A stretch of DNA of 64,000 nt from Planktothrix sp. GU0601_MAG3 (GTDB taxonomy: Bacteria; Cyanobacteriota; Cyanobacteriia; Cyanobacteriales; Microcoleaceae). Below are positions 27,971-39,043 of this stretch, one piece after another. The notes beneath the pieces are model-generated. The model was given only the letters and a program-made list of their open reading frames with translations. It searched no databases and was not told the origin of the DNA. A program made the translations under genes and the position numbers. Location of the stretch: assembly GCA_035193785.1 (NCBI GenBank), contig CP136572.1, forward strand, positions 512,001-576,000. Direction: 5' to 3'. Within the stretch, counting starts at the first letter, position 1. Each line of letters starts with the position of its first letter.

Positions 27971-28056
27971 ATCTGATATTACCTGATGTTTTATTAAGAA
28001 GTATTAAGACAATACCTGAAAAAACCTGATAATCTGGAAGGAAATTGAGTTATAAT
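27971..28056. promoter_or_regulatory. Phased direct repeats (AYCTGA) in a divergent promoter, with a TATAAT -10 box
   Basis: ATCTGA 27971, ACCTGA 27981, ACCTGA 28014, ACCTGA 28024, ATCTGG 28032; TATTAAGA at 27992 and 28002; TATAAT at 28051-28056. Confidence 0.55.
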
Positions 28057-28064
28057 GACTAAAA

Positions 28065-29429
28065 GTGTTACCTCATCTAACTTTTATGACTGTTACAGAA
28101 ATTTTACAATTTGTAGATGGCTTAGTATTTTCTGAGACAGAGAAGCATTTAGATGATCTGCAAAAAAAGATTATTGAAGAAGTATTTAAAGGTAAAACTT
28201 ATCAGCAAATTGCAGATATTTATGATTATGATGAGGGTTATATTGGTGATGAATGTAGGAAGTTATTTAAAATTTTATCTGAACAGTTAGGAGAAAATAT
28301 TAATAAATCTAATTTTTGTTGGACTATAGAAAGAGTGATAAATTCTCATAAAGTTAAAATTATTAATTTTGAAAACAACCAAATAAATTATTGTCCTAAC
28401 TATCCCTCGCCAAATCAATCAAAAAATCAAGATAATAGTATTATTGAAAACAATAAAAAAGCTAAACATTATTTGACCTTAGCTCCTCAAATAATCAAAT
28501 TTTATAACCGAGAAACTGAACTTAAAACCATTTCTCATTGGATATTCAAACAAAATACTCGCTTAATCTCAATATTAGGATTATTTGGAATTGGTAAAAC
28601 TGCTCTTGTTAAAAGATTTATTGATTTAAACTTAGATGAATTTGAAGCTATTATCTGGAGAAGTTTGAAATATCCTAAACCTTTAGAATTGCTGGTTAAG
28701 GATTTATTGAATATTATTAAACCAGAAGACAAACAAACTATAGATGATCAAGTAAAACAATTATTAGATATACTCATTAATAAAAAATGTTTAATTATCC
28801 TTGATGATGTGCAGAATATCTTTACTCCGGGTCAATTTGCGGGACAATATCAACCGGAATACCAAAGTTATCAAAACTTTTTTACCATGATCACAGAAAC
28901 CGAACATCAGAGCAGTTTTATTTTAATCAGTCAAGAAAAATGTCCAGAAATGGAAGGTTGGGAAAACGAATTATATCCGATTAATTGTTTAGAGTTATCG
29001 GGTTTATATGATCTGGAAATTCTGAATAATAAAGGATTAAAAAATCACGAATCTTGGTTAAATTTAATTAATTTATATGAAGGTAATCCCGTTTATTTAA
29101 AAAGTATTGCTATTTTAATTAAAAATATATTTGATGGTGATGTTGCTGAGTTTTTAGCTGAGAATGAATTAGTGATTACTCAAGAAATGCGATCGCACTT
29201 TAACCAATTATTTCACCGACTCTCACCCATAGAACAACAAATCGTTTTAAAATTAAGTCAATTTGAGCAACCCTTATCCAGAGAAACATTGAGAGAAAGT
29301 TTAGAATTATCATCAACGGATTTAATTAATGGGTTACAATCTTTGCAACAACGGTATTTAGTTACTAAAATAAAACAGGATCAAATTATGTTTAAATTGT
29401 CTTCTATTTTTAGAGAATATGTAATATAA
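28065..29429 (+). CDS. Second N-terminal wHTH + NB-ARC/STAND ATPase with no repeat sensor domain (likely start ATG 28086)
   Basis: KHLDDLQKKII...Y.QIAD, GLFGIGKT, LIILDDV, YEGNP; clearly paralogous to 1933-3304. Confidence 0.82.
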   Translation: MLPHLTFMTVTEILQFVDGLVFSETEKHLDDLQKKIIEEVFKGKTYQQIADIYDYDEGYIGDECRKLFKILSEQLGENINKSNFCWTIERVINSHKVKIINFENNQINYCPNYPSPNQSKNQDNSIIENNKKAKHYLTLAPQIIKFYNRETELKTISHWIFKQNTRLISILGLFGIGKTALVKRFIDLNLDEFEAIIWRSLKYPKPLELLVKDLLNIIKPEDKQTIDDQVKQLLDILINKKCLIILDDVQNIFTPGQFAGQYQPEYQSYQNFFTMITETEHQSSFILISQEKCPEMEGWENELYPINCLELSGLYDLEILNNKGLKNHESWLNLINLYEGNPVYLKSIAILIKNIFDGDVAEFLAENELVITQEMRSHFNQLFHRLSPIEQQIVLKLSQFEQPLSRETLRESLELSSTDLINGLQSLQQRYLVTKIKQDQIMFKLSSIFREYVI

Positions 29430-29453
29430 AATCTAATTATAAACGAACCACGA

Positions 29454-29531
29454 TGATCCCCCCCAACCCCCTTAATAAGGGGGGAACCGGACTCATAAGT
29501 CCCCCTTTTTAAGGGGGATTTAGGGGGATCT
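29454..29531. repeat. REP-like palindromic element (GATCCCCCCCAACCCCCTTAATAAGGGGGG...AAGGGGGATTTAGGGGGATC)
   Basis: Nested C-rich and G-rich inverted repeats just after the stop codon. Confidence 0.65.
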
Positions 29532-29912
29532 AGTCTAGGATAAAAACCGGGGTTTTAGGCTTAAGTTGACATCAATGCGTAGCACTTCCCCCCCTCTTTT
29601 CCCCACAGCAAGCGATGACACCCGCTCCAGAGACCGCCTTCTTCAATCTTTACAAAATTTACAATTTTTTGTGTTTGCACCAACCTATACTGCTAAATGT
29701 GGGCGATCGCAGGATAATGTTGAACCGGAATTCAAAGCGTCAACGTTTATCCTCCCCAAAAGTGAGCCATACAACCTCACGGGGGAAAGTCTACCGCCAT
29801 CAAATTAACAATTTGGGATCAAAAACGATTTTAAATTTCGGGTTAAGTTCAAAGAACATCCCAAGTCCTAAATCTTTGCATCCTCAGTGAAATTTTTAAG
29901 GAATATATTCTC

Positions 29913-30920
29913 ATGGCTACCAATAGAAAAAAACGCCCTACTCCTGCTACTCGTCCCGCTTCTGCCATTAGTGACAAAGTAAAAGTTACGGTTTCTTTAA
30001 CGGCTGATGCTGCTCAACAGGTAGAGACGCTCATCAAAGAATTAGGAGTATCAAAATCAGAATTATTTGAACGTCTGACTAAAGAACATTTACACCAGGC
30101 GACCCCAGGGGAAGAAACCGCAGTAACTGTTGAGGTAGAATCTCCCACGCCAGCCACCGATGATACTGCCTTAAAACAGGAGATTGAAGCCCAAGCTAAT
30201 ACAATTCAAGAGTTAAAACAGCAACTCACCCAAACTGTTGCCGCCCAAAGCTATGAAGCTCTAAAACAAGAAGCAGAACAACAAAAACAAACTATTGCTG
30301 ATTTACAACAACAACTAGAACAGAAAGTAGCACAAACCGTCGATAAAAAAACGTATCAGGATTTACAAGAAGCATCTAAAGAATCTCAATCAACAATTGA
30401 TCAATTACAAACTCAATTAAATCGAATTCCCGAATTGGAGCAACAATTAACAACAACTATTCCCGCAGAAACTTATCAAGCATTGCAACATGAGTTAGAA
30501 CAGGAACGAAATACTAAAGTGCAATTGAGTCAGCAGATTGAAGCCCTGAAAAAAGAACTCAACGAAAGCAATAATTCCCTAGCTCAACTGCAAGTTAAAC
30601 AAGAGAGAATAGCGGAATTAGAAGCAAAGTTAGCCCATAGTATTTCAGCAGATAATTATCATAATTTAGAATATATTTGTGCGGCTCAAAAGACACAAAT
30701 GGCAACTCTGGAACAACAATTAGCAAGTTTAATTTCCACTAAAACCCAACATCAAGAAACCCCTAGTACAACAACTAATTATGATGCCCTAAAAAACTAT
30801 TTGCAAGAACAGGATGATTTAATTAACGTTTTACAACAAAGGGTTTTAGAACTGCAAGGGTTAGCTTCCTTTGGAGAATCTCAACTATCTAAATGGCGAA
30901 ATCGCACATTCAAGGGTTAA
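29913..30920 (+). CDS. RHH/CopG-like N-terminus plus a long coiled coil with repeated S/T...Y..L units
   Basis: KVKVTVSLT..AAQQV...KELGVSKSELFERL, followed by Q/E-rich heptads. Confidence 0.6.
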   Translation: MATNRKKRPTPATRPASAISDKVKVTVSLTADAAQQVETLIKELGVSKSELFERLTKEHLHQATPGEETAVTVEVESPTPATDDTALKQEIEAQANTIQELKQQLTQTVAAQSYEALKQEAEQQKQTIADLQQQLEQKVAQTVDKKTYQDLQEASKESQSTIDQLQTQLNRIPELEQQLTTTIPAETYQALQHELEQERNTKVQLSQQIEALKKELNESNNSLAQLQVKQERIAELEAKLAHSISADNYHNLEYICAAQKTQMATLEQQLASLISTKTQHQETPSTTTNYDALKNYLQEQDDLINVLQQRVLELQGLASFGESQLSKWRNRTFKG

Positions 30921-31083
30921 GGTTAACACAAACACCCTTAGATCTGAAACCCTCTAGGGGTGTAACCAACTAAACAATATTAAAATAAATTAAATTTTTC
31001 CGGTTTTTCCACCGAATCCCTAACACAATCGGTGTAACTAAAGTTTAGAATAAAGCCCAGATGGTTTCATCAAAAACAAAACT

Positions 31084-33494
31084 ATGGTAACTCTTTACGT
31101 CAACCCCGCCACTGGAAATGATTTTAGTTCCGGGGAGTCGAATAAACCCTTTAAAACCCTCAAAAAAGCCCTTTCTCAAGCCGAGTCTGGAACCACAATT
31201 TACCTAGAAACCAGGAACTTATAGTAGTTTAACTGGTGAAACCTTTCCCCTTACCCTCGCGGATGGTGTCATAGTCATCGGGAATGAGTCAGGTAAAGGT
31301 AGTGGCATTTTAATCGAAGGGAATGGACTCCATAGCAGTAGCAGTGCTGGGAGTCAAAATATTACGATTTTGATGGAAAATAACGCCCAATTGCGAGGCG
31401 TAACCGTTACCAATATTCAAACTAGAGGAACTGGAGTTTGGATAGAATCTCAATCTCCAATAATTGCTAACTGCACCTTTACCCGATGCAAACGAGAAGG
31501 GATTTATGCCGTCGGTTCGGGAAATCCTCGAATAAGCAATAGTATTTTCGTGCAAAATGAAGGCTATGGAGTCTCCATTGAAGGAGAAATGAAAGGGGAA
31601 ATCGGAGGCAATACCTTTGAGAATACCGGATACGGCATTTCCCTGAAAAATCAAGCCGCTCCGTTAATTCGGGATAATGCTATTGTCGAAAACCGTTCTG
31701 GGATATTAATTGCCGAGGACTCCCAACCGATTCTGCGTCAAAACTTAATTGAACGCAATAGCGGGGATGGAGTGGTAATTATGAATCAGGCTACACCGGA
31801 TTTAGGAACCGCCCAAACCCCAGGGGGAAATACAATTCGGAATAATGGCGGTTTTGATGTCCAGAATGCCGGGACTGCCAGCTTAACCTCCTTTGGAAAT
31901 ATTCTTAGTTCTACTCGCGTTAAAGGAAATATACAAGTCGTGACTCAAAGCGTACCAACCGCAGCCTCTGCAACCCTGTTTGTTAATTCCGCCACCGGGA
32001 ATGATTCGGCCACAGGCGGTCAATCTACCCCCTTTAAAACCATTGCTAAAGCTATTAGTCAAGCCCAGTCGGGAACCCTGATTCAAGTCGCTCCTGGAAC
32101 CTATAACGCCGCTACCGGGGAAGTATTTCCCTTAATTGTCCGCTCAGGAGTCACCATTGTTGGGAATGAGACAACCAAGGGCAAAGATGTCGTAATTCTG
32201 GGAAGTGGTCGCTTCAGTAGTCCCAGTTCGGCGGCTCAAAACGTGACGATTTTGATGGAAAATAACTCAACGGTTAAGGGGGTTAGCGTTACCAATGACC
32301 AAACCCGAGGCACTGGAATTTGGATAGAATCGGTTTACTGTAATATCGGTAGTTGTACCCTGACGAAATCCAAACGGGAAGGAATTTTTGCCACCGGAAA
32401 CCGCCATTGCTGCGGTGCTTAATAGTGATTTTATCGAAAATGTGGGTAATGGCATGGCTTTAGCGGGGAATGCTAAGGGGGAAATTCGGGGGAATAAATT
32501 CCAAAATACCGGATATGCGATTTCTGTCCAAGCCCAAGCTTCGCCCTTAATTGTGGAAAACGAAATTCTGGAAAATCGGTCTGGGATTGTCCTATCAGGA
32601 CAGTCTAAACCCGTATTACGAAAAAATCAAATTAAGAAAAATCTCCAAGATGGTTTAACGGTAATTGCTGATTCTGCCCCCGATATTGGTAGCCCTCAAG
32701 ATAATGGCGGGAATGTATTTGTTGATAATGGCAAATATGATGTGCAAAATGCCAGTAAATTCACCTTAATTTCCGTAGGAAATCAAATTAACCCGACCCG
32801 AACTTTGGGAAGTATTGAATTTAGTGCCAATCAAACTCCAACTCCTGGCCCGAGTCCCAGCCCAACCCCAACCCCCGGCGGCTCCACTCCCACTCCCGCA
32901 CCAACTCCAGTTCCTGGGGGGGCGAAATTCACCGATATTGGCTCCCATTGGGCGAGAACTTTTATTGAAAGGTTAGCGGATATGGGGATTATTAGCGGTT
33001 TCCCCGATGGTTCATTTAAACCCGATACCACCTTAACCCGTGCCCAACACGCGGCAATGTTAATGAAAGCGTTTGAATTAACACCAGTTCGCGAAGGAAC
33101 TGTATTTACTGATGTGGCGGCGGATTTTTGGGGAAAAGAGGCAATTGATAAAGCAAATCGGGCGGGTTTCCTATCAGGTTATCCCGATAAAACCTTCCGA
33201 CCAAATCAAAATTTAACTCGGGCTCAAGCGGTTGTTTCCTTAATCAATGGGTTGAAATTAACCGGGGGAACATCGAATACTTTGGGCGTTTATACTGACC
33301 GTGCTCAAATTCCGGCTTTTGCTACTAATGCAGTAATTACGGCGACGGAATTAAATATAGTCGTCAATTACCCGAAAAAAGAGGTTTTTAACCCCTTAAA
33401 AGATGTGACTCGTGGGGAAATTGCGGCAATTTTCTATCAAACTTTGGTAGCAGTTAATCGGGCGCAAGCAGTTGATTCTCCTTATATTGTTTAA
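31084..33494 (+). CDS. DUF1565 / beta-helix duplicated-domain protein with a PT linker and C-terminal SLH domains; frameshifts at 31207 and 32397
   Basis: Two YVNP/FVNS.TGND...PFKT..KA..GE.FPL modules, PTPGPSPSPTPT linker, SLH motifs ISGFPDGSFKPD..LTRAQ. Confidence 0.85.
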
Positions 33495-33504
33495 CGACTA
33501 GAAA

Positions 33505-33612
33505 CTCTGGTTCCCAGGTTCTACCGGGGAAACCCTGTTCAGGAGGCTCTGCCTCCGATGAACAGCAGGCGGAGCCTGATTAAAGTATTGCTAGGTAGAA
33601 CCTAGCAACAAG
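33505..33612. repeat. REP-like palindromic element (CTCTGGTTCCCAGGTTCTACC...GGCTCTGCCT...AGGCGGAGCC...GGTAGAACCTAGCAACAAG)
   Basis: Nested inverted repeats downstream of the SLH gene. Confidence 0.6.
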
Positions 33613-33623
33613 AAATATCTGGT

Positions 33624-34141
33624 CGGGACTTACGCATTTTTTCTTCTAGTTTTTGTTGATGAGCTAAAGCTTTTTTTCTTTTTATTCTTCTTTTTTTTGT
33701 TGACGAGCTAAAGCTCTTTCTTCTTTTTGTTCAGTTTTTTGTCCAGCTTTAACCCTTTTATGTTCGTCTTTCAAAAGTGCCATTTGTTGTTTATTCTCTA
33801 ATTTTATTTTTAATCTTTCAGTTTTTTGATTTTCTTTATTTTGTAAATGTTCAAGTCTGGCTTTATAAGATTCCTCACTTTCATCAGAATTTTTAGCAAA
33901 AATATTACTGGTTTGAATAATATCTTTAGTTTTTTCACCCGTTACTTCAACAATGTCTTTAATGTCTTTAACAAGCTCTGTAATCTTATTTAATGGATTA
34001 AACACAATTATGAATCCTAAAATTTAATTAAATGTTAACAGGACTTACATACTCAGTCAAGTGTTCAACGAGAGAATAAACCTTTCAGCCTCATGACCGA
34101 TGCCCAGAGCAACGAGATTTCATTTCAGTGCGTAAGTCCTA
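33624..34141. mobile_element. 518-bp non-autonomous element: inner 103-bp MITE (34039-34141) plus a captured gene fragment, flanked by 5-bp duplication CTGGT
   Basis: CGGGACTTACGCA at 33624, CAGGACTTACATA at 34039, TGCGTAAGTCCTA ending at 34141; CTGGT at 33619-33623 and 34142-34146. Confidence 0.75.
33682..34005 (-). pseudogene. AT-rich, K/E/Q-rich coiled-coil gene fragment carried in the element
   Basis: 107-aa ORF. Its 45-bp repeat unit (QKEERALARQQKKEE) continues in degenerate form past the TAA up to the left end. Confidence 0.55.
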
Positions 34142-34225
34142 CTGGTAAGTCATATTTTTCTTGAAATTCTGCAAAGGCTTGATTTAGAGGAATTCCTTGA
34201 CCTTGTTCAAATTCTTCTAAACTTT
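34142..34225 (-). pseudogene. C-terminal remnant of a Phd-type antitoxin overlapping a toxin start (MTYQ)
   Basis: ESLEEFEQGQGIPLNQAFAEFQEKYDLP resembles the C-terminus of 25914-26204. Confidence 0.5.
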
Positions 34226-34543
34226 CGTTCAACCGATGCCGCTTGGATACCTTTAGCAAAATGGGAATCTCTCACCCCCGAACAGCAAGAGAAATTTCTG
34301 CCAATTTGCCCCGATTTTGTCATAGAATTGCGATCGCCTAGTGATTCTTTAAAACCCCTACAAGATAAAATGCAGGAATATATTGATAATGGCACTTGTT
34401 TAGGTTGGTTAATTAACCGCCAAAACCGTCAAGTTGAAATTTATCATCGGGGGAGAGACAAAGAAATTTTAGAAAATCCCGTCACATTGTCGGGAGAAGA
34501 TATTTTACCTGGATTTGTTTTAAATCTTTCATTAATGTGGTAA
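34226..34543 (+). pseudogene. 5'-truncated Uma2 (DUF820) family endonuclease
   Basis: RSTDAAWI...FLPICPDFVIELRSPSD..LQDKMQEYIDNG..LGWLI...LSGEDILPGFVL; N-terminal half missing. Confidence 0.75.
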
Positions 34544-34574
34544 TTCAGACTGCCCGCAGTAACGTATTCTTAGA

Positions 34575-35352
34575 TTACGTTTCTGAGGATAAAGACCTAA
34601 TTCCTTGCTGTAGTATCTTTAGCCTATAACCCAAAGTTCCTGGTTGATCAACCTCTAAACTTTCAATCAGTTTGTCCAACAATAAATTTAACTCAACTCT
34701 AGTTTTTTCTTGAAGTATTCTATTAATATCTTGCCCCAGTAAGTAGATGTTGGCATCAAGAAAGTCAATTACTCCCCCTGCAAGTTCATCCACTAATTCT
34801 GTATATACACGATCTTCATCTTCGTACCTTGATAAGATAAATTCAATGTCTTCTAAATCTTTGTTAGTACGTTCTCCCCGATCTCCCCAAGCAAAAACTT
34901 TGAGAACGATAAAAGCTGGCGTATCAATCACTTTAATTTCTAAGTCATCAATACTAGCAGTTGTTGCATGAAAGAGAGCTTCAGGAAAACCTAAAACATT
35001 CATGGGTTTACCACTATCAGGCCAAACAATTTCTTGATTAGGCTCACCAATTTCTCCAAAGGGGACTATATCAACCTCAATATTGGTTTCTATATGAATA
35101 AATTTATGAGCATTTTTTGTGGGTTTAAAACGAGGAGAATTACCACCGATTAGATTGTTCTGAAGTTTTTCATAGACTTCCCAACTCTCTATAGATATCG
35201 CCACATCCCAATCCTTAGTTTCCCCTACCTTCCCCGAATTTATGGTCAAAGATCAATAACCTAGCTCCCGCACCAACCAGAATCATAGGTAACTCTAATG
35301 CACTGACTATATTTACTAAATCAGCCAAAACCTGCTTCTCTTTAGAATCCAT
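34575..35352 (-). CDS. Nucleotidyltransferase toxin, AbiEii-like (type IV TA); frameshift at 35218
   Basis: Repaired N-terminus MDSKEKQVLADL...ILVGAGARLL...GRGTKDWDVAI; also VDIVPFG, LKVFAW.DR, KDLEDI. Confidence 0.8.
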
Positions 35353-36418
35353 AATTCTTTTGAGCTATCTCCTCAATATATCGCTCATAAACCAGTATAG
35401 CAGTTTCTTTTAATCGGCTATTACCCGTTCGTACCAACTCGGCGTGAATTAATAATGGATGAACAATATTCTTCAATCCTCCAAATTCGTTTTGATCATA
35501 CTTGTCATGTCCAAAACTTTCAAGCAACGCAATACTTCCTTCAGGATCAGGTTTTAACTTTAGCTTAACTGCTATCTTGCGGTAATCAACATTTTTACCA
35601 AGATGCAGTATTGCACTAATGGGGCGAAGATATTCAGTTAGAATTGAGGCGGCAAGCTCACCACCGATTAGATAGCCATATTGATCTGCGTATTTTTTAA
35701 GGTCATCTTCGATTTCTGAAAAATTCCGTTTTCCAATGGGACTAAATGTTCCGATTAGTAATTTTGAACGTAATGTTTCAGAGTATCCTAACTCCCACCT
35801 TTCAAGAAGTTTGACATAATCAATGATTTCGTATCTTCCGTGTTTGTAAGTTATGTAATCTAACTCGTTAAGTTTTTTTAGAGTGCTTTTTACCGTTTTT
35901 GTACTAACACCAGAAATGTAAGAAATTTGTTCAATATCATCCCCCTTTAAAGTATTGGGCTGGCTTAGTAAGGCATACATAACTTGCAAAGCAGTGCTAG
36001 TAATTTCTAAGGACTTATTTGTACTATCTTTTGAAGTCTGTTTACGAACTACTACATAAATTCCTGGGCTATTCAGATAAATATTTCCATCGACATCAAT
36101 AAATTCAATATTTCTTTCTAAGAGTTGATCCACAACCAGATTAGACAAACTGCGTGTCACAAGTAGAGGTTTTTGACCAGGCTTTAGTTTGCCACCTAAA
36201 TTAGTCAAATAATCTGCAACTTGTTCAACGACATCATTTGTGAGACCCGTTTTGATTTCACAGACATAATTGACAGTATTATGAGAGTTGATAATTGTTA
36301 GCTCTCCATCTGCCAAAACCTCACTAGAAAAATAAGATTCTACTAGAGTAGCCTTAATATTAGGTAATGATTCAAGGTAGGCAAGACACTTTTGGAATAG
36401 TGGGTTTTTGGGAGGCAT
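35342..36418 (-). CDS. AbiEi-like antitoxin / wHTH regulator of a type IV TA pair
   Basis: FIDVDGNIYL, central HTH, LIGGELAA, VHPLLIHAEL....SRLKETA; overlaps the NTase start. Confidence 0.75.
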   Translation of the reverse strand: MPPKNPLFQKCLAYLESLPNIKATLVESYFSSEVLADGELTIINSHNTVNYVCEIKTGLTNDVVEQVADYLTNLGGKLKPGQKPLLVTRSLSNLVVDQLLERNIEFIDVDGNIYLNSPGIYVVVRKQTSKDSTNKSLEITSTALQVMYALLSQPNTLKGDDIEQISYISGVSTKTVKSTLKKLNELDYITYKHGRYEIIDYVKLLERWELGYSETLRSKLLIGTFSPIGKRNFSEIEDDLKKYADQYGYLIGGELAASILTEYLRPISAILHLGKNVDYRKIAVKLKLKPDPEGSIALLESFGHDKYDQNEFGGLKNIVHPLLIHAELVRTGNSRLKETAILVYERYIEEIAQKNYGF

Positions 36419-36490
36419 AGAACGATTCCCCAGATGACGCGACAAAGTTTAATTATATCTTTAGATGTGTATTTCCGTTGTTTTCAGTCT

Positions 36491-36917
36491 TCAGCCTGTA
36501 TCCAATTCCAATAATAATTGAATCTTTTCCTTTTCTTCAGAATCAACGGTTGCCCACTCCCTAACAATATTAAAATCCTTACTAACCTTAGATAACTCTA
36601 ATAAAGTCGGGTCAATTCTATTTCTATATTTTTTCTCCTCATAGCAATTTAGCAACCTCGGTTAAACTAATATAATCCGGGCTAACTTCAGTCAAAACTG
36701 CCAGGGGAATAGCCCGTTTAACATCCTGAATTGCGCTATAAACTGCTTTTCTAGCAGATGAAGATTCCCGGATAAAATTGAGGGCAATTTTCCCCTTTTT
36801 CCCGATTCCAATTAAGGCATCATCACAACCTTCTGTTGCCAAACTCTCTAGGTAATTATCGGGATCGACTTGAGTATCTGGGAGATTAAAGTTTAAAATA
36901 AAATTATATTCTGACAT
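36491..36917 (-). pseudogene. HicB-like antitoxin / DNA-binding protein with its HTH apparently deleted
   Basis: GCDDALIGIG..G.IAL.F.RE..SA..AV.SAI.DV..AIP.A.L.EVSPD.ISLTEVAKLL*, then an out-of-frame tail YEEKKYRNRIDPTFIELSKV..to 36491. Confidence 0.5.
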
Positions 36918-36929
36918 TTTTTAGTTCTC

Positions 36930-37250
36930 CTATTTCTCCTCTGTTTGATTATGAATAGTACAGTTATCAATAACACGACGGATTAGTTTAGCATGATTGC
37001 CTGGATTTTTAGGGGTACTCCAAACACTGGCAATACAAAATTCTCCACAGCGACAATCATTGTCATTATAAGGGCAGTAAATCTTTCCCCACGCATGAGA
37101 GCCACCCTCTACAATACGCCATCCATTTTCTTCAGCATACTTCAAGGCTGCTTCAATTTCTGGCTTAGGATGTTTTTTCCAAACTGCCCCGATTACCGAT
37201 GAGCAATAATCTTCATACCGCCCATCTAACGTATTCTTATATAAAATCAT
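36930..37250 (-). CDS. Small HicA-like putative toxin with a Cys-rich insert
   Basis: KHPKPEIEAALKYAEENGWRIVEGGSHAWGKIYCP....CRCGEFC..SVWSTPKNPGNHA; GW...GSH resembles HicA. Confidence 0.6.
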   Translation of the reverse strand: MILYKNTLDGRYEDYCSSVIGAVWKKHPKPEIEAALKYAEENGWRIVEGGSHAWGKIYCPYNDNDCRCGEFCIASVWSTPKNPGNHAKLIRRVIDNCTIHNQTEEK

Positions 37251-37386
37251 TCAATTGCGAATATTTTGCCGTTTTTAGGATAAAATTAAATAGTGGCAAT
37301 CTAGCAGCCTGTTCCCTGTTCCCTTTTGCTCAGGAATTTTGAACACAACTCAAATAGGATTACTATAGTTAGTTTGCTAGTAGTGA

Positions 37387-39043
37387 ATGTCCCCTCGAAG
37401 AAACCGAAGATCCGAAAACCGATGTCGTTACTACATCCGGCACGCAGCAGAGCGTCGTGGATGGGATTTGTGTCATATTGGTAGTGGTGGCGATGTTCTG
37501 GAAGAACAAGGGATTGAGGCATATTTCTCAGATATTGGTCTTAATGGTGAACGCCCCGATTTTTTGTTCTGTTTAACTGCTAATCCCACAATCATTGTCG
37601 AAGCCAAAAACGAGGCAGGCAAGTTAAAACAAGCACAGCAAGAAGCAGAAGACTACGCAGACAAAATCAATGCCGTGGGCAAATATAGCATCAAGGTGGC
37701 AGTTGGTGCTGCGGGTGAAGAAGACAAAGGCTTTGAAATCAGCATTTCTTTTTTGACGGCCCAGGGTTGGGTTCCCCTAACCTCAAATGGGTTTGGATTA
37801 ACAACTTTTCCAACAAAAGCAGAAGTTGAAACCGCATTAAGAGTAAATGACGGTTCAACAACCCTGAGCATACCCTCTCAAGCTGAGTTTATTGATGCAG
37901 CAATTGAAACTAGCCGTATTCTACGCACGGCAAAAATTGAAGCTCCTCTGCGCCCTAAAGTAATTGGTGCTTTGGTTTTGGCAATGTATCAAGGACAAGT
38001 TGATACAGCAACTTCAGAAGCCTTGCAGTCCGTCAATACCCTAGCTGAAACTGCAATTGATAGAGCCCACAAACTACCACAACCCAATCGAAAACGCTTA
38101 AAAGATGCGTTGTGTTTATCCGGGGCCGATTTTAACCGTCTTGCTCCCTATGTTGGGCTAGTGGTCAACACTCTTAACCGTCTGAATGTTCGTTCCGTTA
38201 TTCAAACGGATGCTGACTTTTTGGGAATGTTTTATGAGGCGTTTCTTGCGATATGGCTATGACAACAATGCACTTGGTATTGTTTTTACGCCACGACACA
38301 TCACGCGGATGTGCGCGGACTTGGTTGGTGTAGGTTTTAGAGATCGAGTTATTGATATTGCGGCGGGAACAGGTGGTTTTCTGGTTGCTGCCTTTGATGC
38401 CATGATGCGACAAGCTCCTAGTCCGGCACAAATTGAAAAAGTTAAAGATTCAATTATTGGGTTTGATACTAACCCCACGGTTTGGGCACTTTCCATGCTT
38501 AATATGTTCTTTCGGGGGGATGGTAACTGCCATATCTATAACGAAAGCTGCTTTGACGAAACTGCTTTTGCTGTCATTCAGGGTAAATGCACTAGAGCAT
38601 TTCTCAATCCGCCATTCTCTCAAAACGGGGAACCAGAATACTTATTTGTTGATAGAGCGATGGATGCTCTAGTAACGGGCGGGTTGTTAGTAGTTGTTGT
38701 TTACGCTGGCATTTTTGCCGATATGGATCACAACCCATGGCGAAAGCGATTTCTGCTTAAACACAAACTGCTTGGGATAATTAGCCTCCCGGAAGATTTA
38801 TTTTATCCCACGGCTGCCCCAACATCCATCATGGTTGCAGAAGCTCATGTTCCACTTGACCCAACTGACCGAGTATTTATGGCTCGAATTTGGAATGATG
38901 GATACGAAAAGCTCAAGGGTAAGCGGGTTGAGAGGCATGGCAACCAGATTGATGAGGTTGTGAACGAATTTCATGCTTTTATGCAAGGTCAGCCAGTTAT
39001 TTCTCAGTTGGTAACAATTGTAGAGGGGTGCAACATTCTCTAA
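37387..39043 (+). CDS. Fused endonuclease / gamma-class N6-adenine methyltransferase subunit (Type IIB/IIG-like); frameshift at 38241
   Basis: RPDF...IIVEAK nuclease motif, DFLGMFYEAFLRYG, GIVFTPRHI, DIAAGTGGFL (motif I), NPPF (motif IV). Confidence 0.85.
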
